Below are positions 60,175 to 64,000 of a DNA stretch of 64,000 bases, in pieces. A model generated the notes under the pieces. It was not told the DNA's origin, ran no database searches, and worked only from the letters and a program-made list of their open reading frames with translations. The stretch covers positions 256,001-320,000 of the forward strand of contig CP147778.1 in NCBI GenBank assembly GCA_037305845.1. The letters are read 5' to 3'. The stretch comes from Candidatus Freyarchaeum deiterrae. GTDB taxonomy: Archaea > Asgardarchaeota > Jordiarchaeia > Jordiarchaeales > Jordiarchaeaceae. Position numbers and translations under genes: made by a program. The first letter of the stretch is position 1. Each line of letters opens with the position of its first letter.

Positions 60175-61266
60175 TTGAGTGAAGATGTTTACGAGCGTTT
60201 AAGACAGAAGATAAATAAATGGCCCATAAAAGCCCCAAAAAGCAAGAGCATGCTAAAGCTTCTGAGCGTCGTCTACAGCCCTGAGGAAGCCGAGCTTGTT
60301 TCATCAGCCTTCGACACCCCCTTCATTGATGCGAAGACAGTGGAGCAGGTGGCTAACGAGACGGGAAAGGATATGGATTACGTTAAGACCATTTTCGAGA
60401 GGCTGGCGGACAAGGGCGGACTTTTCGAGTTTACAAACAGGAAGGATGGCAATACATATTACAGTATGTTACCCTACGCTGTTGGATTATTTGAATTCCA
60501 TTTGAACGATGGTGTAATTAATGACAAGAAGAGGGAGTTTGCAAGACTCCATGAAGACGTATACCCTCACTGGGGATATGAATTAGGGTCTTCGAACTAT
60601 CCTTTTATGAGGGTAATCCCAGTTGAGGAGAAACTCGATGTTCAGACCGAGATTCTTCCCTTCGAGAAGGTGAGCAAATATATTGAGGAAGCGAGGAGCG
60701 TGGCGGTGAACCCCTGCGTTTGCAGACTCGTAGAAAACAATTGTGACAAGCCGCTGGAAGTCTGCTTAAGTTTCGACAGTGGCGCCGACTACATGGTCAA
60801 GCACCGCAAAGGCAGGCGAGTAACAAAGGAGGAAGCTTTTGAAATCCTCAAAGAAGCAGAAGACGCGGGTCTCGTCCATACTATGAACAACCAGCAGGAG
60901 AAACCAAGCCTTATCTGCAACTGCTGCTCCGACTGCTGCTTCGTCCTGAGAGGACTTTCTCAACTCTACAATCCGAGAGCGTTCACAAAGTCGAATTTCA
61001 TGCCAAAAATAGACAGGGAAAGCTGCCGTCTCTGTGAAACTTGCGTCAAGTGGTGCCCCCTCCAAGCACTTTACCGACATTACCCTCACACCGAAGATCT
61101 TTCAGATGACATGATTCTGGTTCTTGAGGAAAGATGCATAGGATGCGGGGTATGCGCCCACAAATGCCCCCACGATGCAATAACTCTAGTTAGGGTGAGA
61201 GAAGAAATCCCGGAGAAAAGTGGGCGAGACGCTCTAATGAGATTCGCATCCGAAAAGATCCACTAA
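60175..61266 (+). CDS. 4Fe-4S binding protein with an N-terminal winged-helix-like region
   Basis: CVCR, ICNCCSDCC, CRLCETCVKWCP, CIGCGVCAHKCP. Confidence 0.9.
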   Translation: MSEDVYERLRQKINKWPIKAPKSKSMLKLLSVVYSPEEAELVSSAFDTPFIDAKTVEQVANETGKDMDYVKTIFERLADKGGLFEFTNRKDGNTYYSMLPYAVGLFEFHLNDGVINDKKREFARLHEDVYPHWGYELGSSNYPFMRVIPVEEKLDVQTEILPFEKVSKYIEEARSVAVNPCVCRLVENNCDKPLEVCLSFDSGADYMVKHRKGRRVTKEEAFEILKEAEDAGLVHTMNNQQEKPSLICNCCSDCCFVLRGLSQLYNPRAFTKSNFMPKIDRESCRLCETCVKWCPLQALYRHYPHTEDLSDDMILVLEERCIGCGVCAHKCPHDAITLVRVREEIPEKSGRDALMRFASEKIH

Positions 61267-61320
61267 AAATAAACCCAATAAGCACTTGACCTTTTTTAAA
61301 AAAGGTCTTGTAAATCGGAC

Positions 61321-62436
61321 TTGGAGACTAAAAATTTGGCAGAATCTGATATTTATGAGAAATTGAGGGAAAAACTGAACCTGTATCCTATAAGGGTTCC
61401 GAAGACCAAAGAATTAATGGAAATGCTCAAGGTTGTGTACACTCTTGAGGAAGCTGAACTCTTAGCACATTTTTCAGCCCCATTCCAAAATCCGGAGACG
61501 ATGGATCAGATTGTTGAAAAAATGGGAAAACCCCGGGAAAAGATTCAAGAAATTGTCGATGGCTTGGTTTTAAGAGGTTTGCTTTACAGGATTAAGGGTG
61601 GGGATGGCAATTTATATTACACTCTGCCTCCGATGGTTCCGGGATTCGATTTACTCTATTTCTCCTCGGGTCGTGATTCCGACGAAAAGAGAAAAGCGGC
61701 AAAACTTTTCGATAAGTACTATTCAGATAGTTTGGGCGTAGAAATGGGGGCTTCGAATTATCCTTGGGCGCGAGTGGTACCTGTTGAAAAAACGATAACT
61801 GTTGACAAAGGAATAAGTGCGGACTTGTTAATCCTGCCCTTCGAGAAGATGTCTGAGTTCATTAAGACTTCCCGATGCATAGCTGTCATAAATTGCGGCT
61901 GTAGGACGATAAGGAAGTGTGACCATCCCTTAGAAACTTGTCTCGTATTTGGTGCTACAGCAGATTTTATGGTTGAAAATGGTTTTGGTCGTTACTTGAG
62001 CGTTGAGCAAGCGTTAGAATTACTGGAAAAGATGGAAGAAGCGGGTTTGGTTCATAACACCGTGAACGTACAGGCAAAACCCACTTTTGTCTGCAGTTGT
62101 TGCACCTGCGCCTGCATTATCCTAAGGGGCCTCTCTGAACTACACCACCCTAGGGCGTTCGCAAAATCAAACTTTCTCCCCGTAAGAGATGACGAAATAT
62201 GTACCCAGTGTAAGAAATGCGTTAACATTTGCCCTATGAAGGCGAACGTCTACCATACTCCACACGATAAAGAGCCTGAGAGAATCATTTTCTTGGAGGA
62301 AAGATGCATAGGATGCGGGCTTTGCGCCTACCATTGTCCGAATGACGCTATTAAGCTTGTTAAAGTCAGGGATCAAATTCCAGAAAAGACTCTCCAAGAA
62401 GCTTTTCTGAGAGTCGAAGCAGAACGAATTCATTAA
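61321..62436 (+). CDS. 4Fe-4S binding protein, tandem paralog
   Basis: CGCR, VCSCCTCAC, CTQCKKCVNICP, CIGCGLCAYHCP. Confidence 0.9.
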   Translation: METKNLAESDIYEKLREKLNLYPIRVPKTKELMEMLKVVYTLEEAELLAHFSAPFQNPETMDQIVEKMGKPREKIQEIVDGLVLRGLLYRIKGGDGNLYYTLPPMVPGFDLLYFSSGRDSDEKRKAAKLFDKYYSDSLGVEMGASNYPWARVVPVEKTITVDKGISADLLILPFEKMSEFIKTSRCIAVINCGCRTIRKCDHPLETCLVFGATADFMVENGFGRYLSVEQALELLEKMEEAGLVHNTVNVQAKPTFVCSCCTCACIILRGLSELHHPRAFAKSNFLPVRDDEICTQCKKCVNICPMKANVYHTPHDKEPERIIFLEERCIGCGLCAYHCPNDAIKLVKVRDQIPEKTLQEAFLRVEAERIH

Positions 62437-62558
62437 AGAACCCTGCTGAAAATTGGAACTCTATAAGAGTTGCTAAGAATATGATAAAAAAAATTGACCT
62501 ACTATCATCCGCTGTAAATGGACAGCGAATAGGTTTTCGAGATAAAATCTGAAGGAAG

Positions 62559-63005
62559 GTGAACAAAATGAAAGTTAGTAAAGAAGTATGGAATTTTTTC
62601 CAAGAACACATGGGTTACACTGATGAAGAAATGAAACTTTTTAGGGAAAACCCAAGGAATGAGGATGTTCTATCAAAGGCGGATGCCTTAATGAATAAGA
62701 CAATCATTGCAGAGGTAGTGGAATCACACGGGTGTAACAGTCAGCACAAGGTTGGAGACAAGTTCTACTTTGACGGAGCCGGCAACCTAATAACCAAACT
62801 CTGCCCGAAGCGAATCTGCATCTACGCCCTAGGCTCACTTCAACAGCGAATCTTTGCAGCAAATGAGTTACTCTACGCGGGTATTGATCCCAATGAAATG
62901 CGGTTTAAACGGAATGGTTGTTTTGACGTCGGAGTGAAATGTGGCGGCTGGGGACATATTGTTATGGAGTTGAGTGTAGAAGAACGTAAAAAGCTTGACA
63001 AATGA
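62559..63005 (+). CDS. Conserved Cys-containing hypothetical protein
   Basis: VVESHGCNSQHKVGDKF, CPKRIC, CFDVG..CGGWG. Confidence 0.75.
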   Translation: MNKMKVSKEVWNFFQEHMGYTDEEMKLFRENPRNEDVLSKADALMNKTIIAEVVESHGCNSQHKVGDKFYFDGAGNLITKLCPKRICIYALGSLQQRIFAANELLYAGIDPNEMRFKRNGCFDVGVKCGGWGHIVMELSVEERKKLDK

Positions 63006-63077
63006 AACCTATGAAATTTGTAAACGCATTTGATGATTAACCGGACTATTAGAATATTATGAGGTGGTGATAGGAAT

Positions 63078-63623
63078 ATGGTAAAAAAGCTTAACCTATT
63101 ATCATCCATTAAGAATGAACAGCAAGTAGAAATACTTCGCAAGACTTGGATATCGCACGATGCAAGATGGCAGATGGCGGTATTTCTAGAATGTGGCTGG
63201 GAAAAAGGCAACAAACTTAACCAAGAAGTCATGCGAGATATAGGTAAGGGTATGATGCACCGGGTAATGAAGGCTCTCGGAATTTCTCAGGTAAAAAATG
63301 TGGAAGAGCTTCAAGCCGTATGTTCGGCTGCTATGGACCTGTACTACCCCCCTCCTAATTTTGCATACCATTTCGAACGTCTCTCCGACAAATCTCTTCT
63401 AGGTGTTATAAAGAGTTGTGGCTCCTATGAAAACGTGAAAAAGGCAGGGGTATTAGACCACTACGAATGCGGTTGTTTCGCCATGCGTTCAGGCTGGTAT
63501 GAGGCTTTGGAAGTAGAAGCCAAAGAGGAACTTGGAAAATGCCTCAAAAGAGGGGACGATATCTGTGAGATTATTCTCACAGTCAACAAGTGGAGCAAAG
63601 AGAAGCCAACAAACACGCCCTAA
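63078..63623 (+). CDS. DUF6125/V4R-like small-ligand-binding protein
   Basis: WISHDARW, C...C and CLKRGDDICEI C-terminus. Confidence 0.75.
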   Translation: MVKKLNLLSSIKNEQQVEILRKTWISHDARWQMAVFLECGWEKGNKLNQEVMRDIGKGMMHRVMKALGISQVKNVEELQAVCSAAMDLYYPPPNFAYHFERLSDKSLLGVIKSCGSYENVKKAGVLDHYECGCFAMRSGWYEALEVEAKEELGKCLKRGDDICEIILTVNKWSKEKPTNTP

Positions 63624-63725
63624 AGGATGCGTATCGCATGTCGGACTTGACAAGTACATTTCTGCAAGCCTTACCTCTCTTTGCCTACAAATTGTAATAA
63701 TAATAATATAGGTGGTGAAAATAAA

Positions 63726-64000
63726 ATGAGTGTGAATCCTAATTTGTTAGCTCCTTGCGGGTTATACTGTGGTGTCTGTGGTATTTATTACGCGGATAAG
63801 CATGAGGACGAGGTTCTGAAACAGAAATTAGGTAAGAGTTATGGTGTGGAACCGGAAGCAATTAAATGTGACGGCTGTTTGTCGGATAACAAATTTGCAT
63901 TTTGTAAATTGTGTCCGATCCGGAGTTGCGTCATCAACAAGAAGCTTTCCGGTTGCCATGAGTGTTCTGAGTGGCCTTGTGATAAGGTCGCGAATTATCC
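63726..64000 (+). CDS. DUF3795-like Cys-rich protein, 3'-truncated by the window
   Basis: MSVNPNLLAPCGLYCGVC...CDGC...CKLCPIRSC...CHECSEWPC; GGTGG RBS. Confidence 0.85.
   Translation, partial: MSVNPNLLAPCGLYCGVCGIYYADKHEDEVLKQKLGKSYGVEPEAIKCDGCLSDNKFAFCKLCPIRSCVINKKLSGCHECSEWPCDKVANY

Overview
Archaeal DNA (TATA-type promoters, GGAGG/GAGGTG RBSs, short XPF/ERCC4, QueC, GvpD/KaiC-like ATPase, a RING-like pseudogene; a TACK/Asgard affiliation is an inference). Bases 1-14.5k are a compact, translationally coupled defence island: a >1311-aa protein truncated by the window edge, a SNF2 helicase, a C5 cytosine methyltransferase and drmA/drmB/drmC. This is a DISARM core with class-1 gene order but a class-2-type methylase. 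Bases 14.5k-28.8k are a patchwork accessory zone with a PIN protein, intact and broken toxin-antitoxin pairs, a zinc-ribbon paralog array and Nmad3. The rest is mostly metabolic: tandem dehydrogenase pairs, NadE, QueC, an RNase J-like protein, a glycyl-radical enzyme cluster and Fe-S proteins. The main non-coding signal is four copies of a ~210-bp IS200/IS605 (IS608-like) mini-element with no ORF. Each carries TTAC/AAAG and GAAC/TCAG ends, an internal TATA box and a structurally conserved omegaRNA-like scaffold. A fifth, divergent scaffold at ~27.1k has lost the transposon ends. Three genes have their 3' end duplicated on the far side of small cargo, and host genes show a strong G/T versus A/C strand asymmetry. 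No rRNA, tRNA or CRISPR array was seen.
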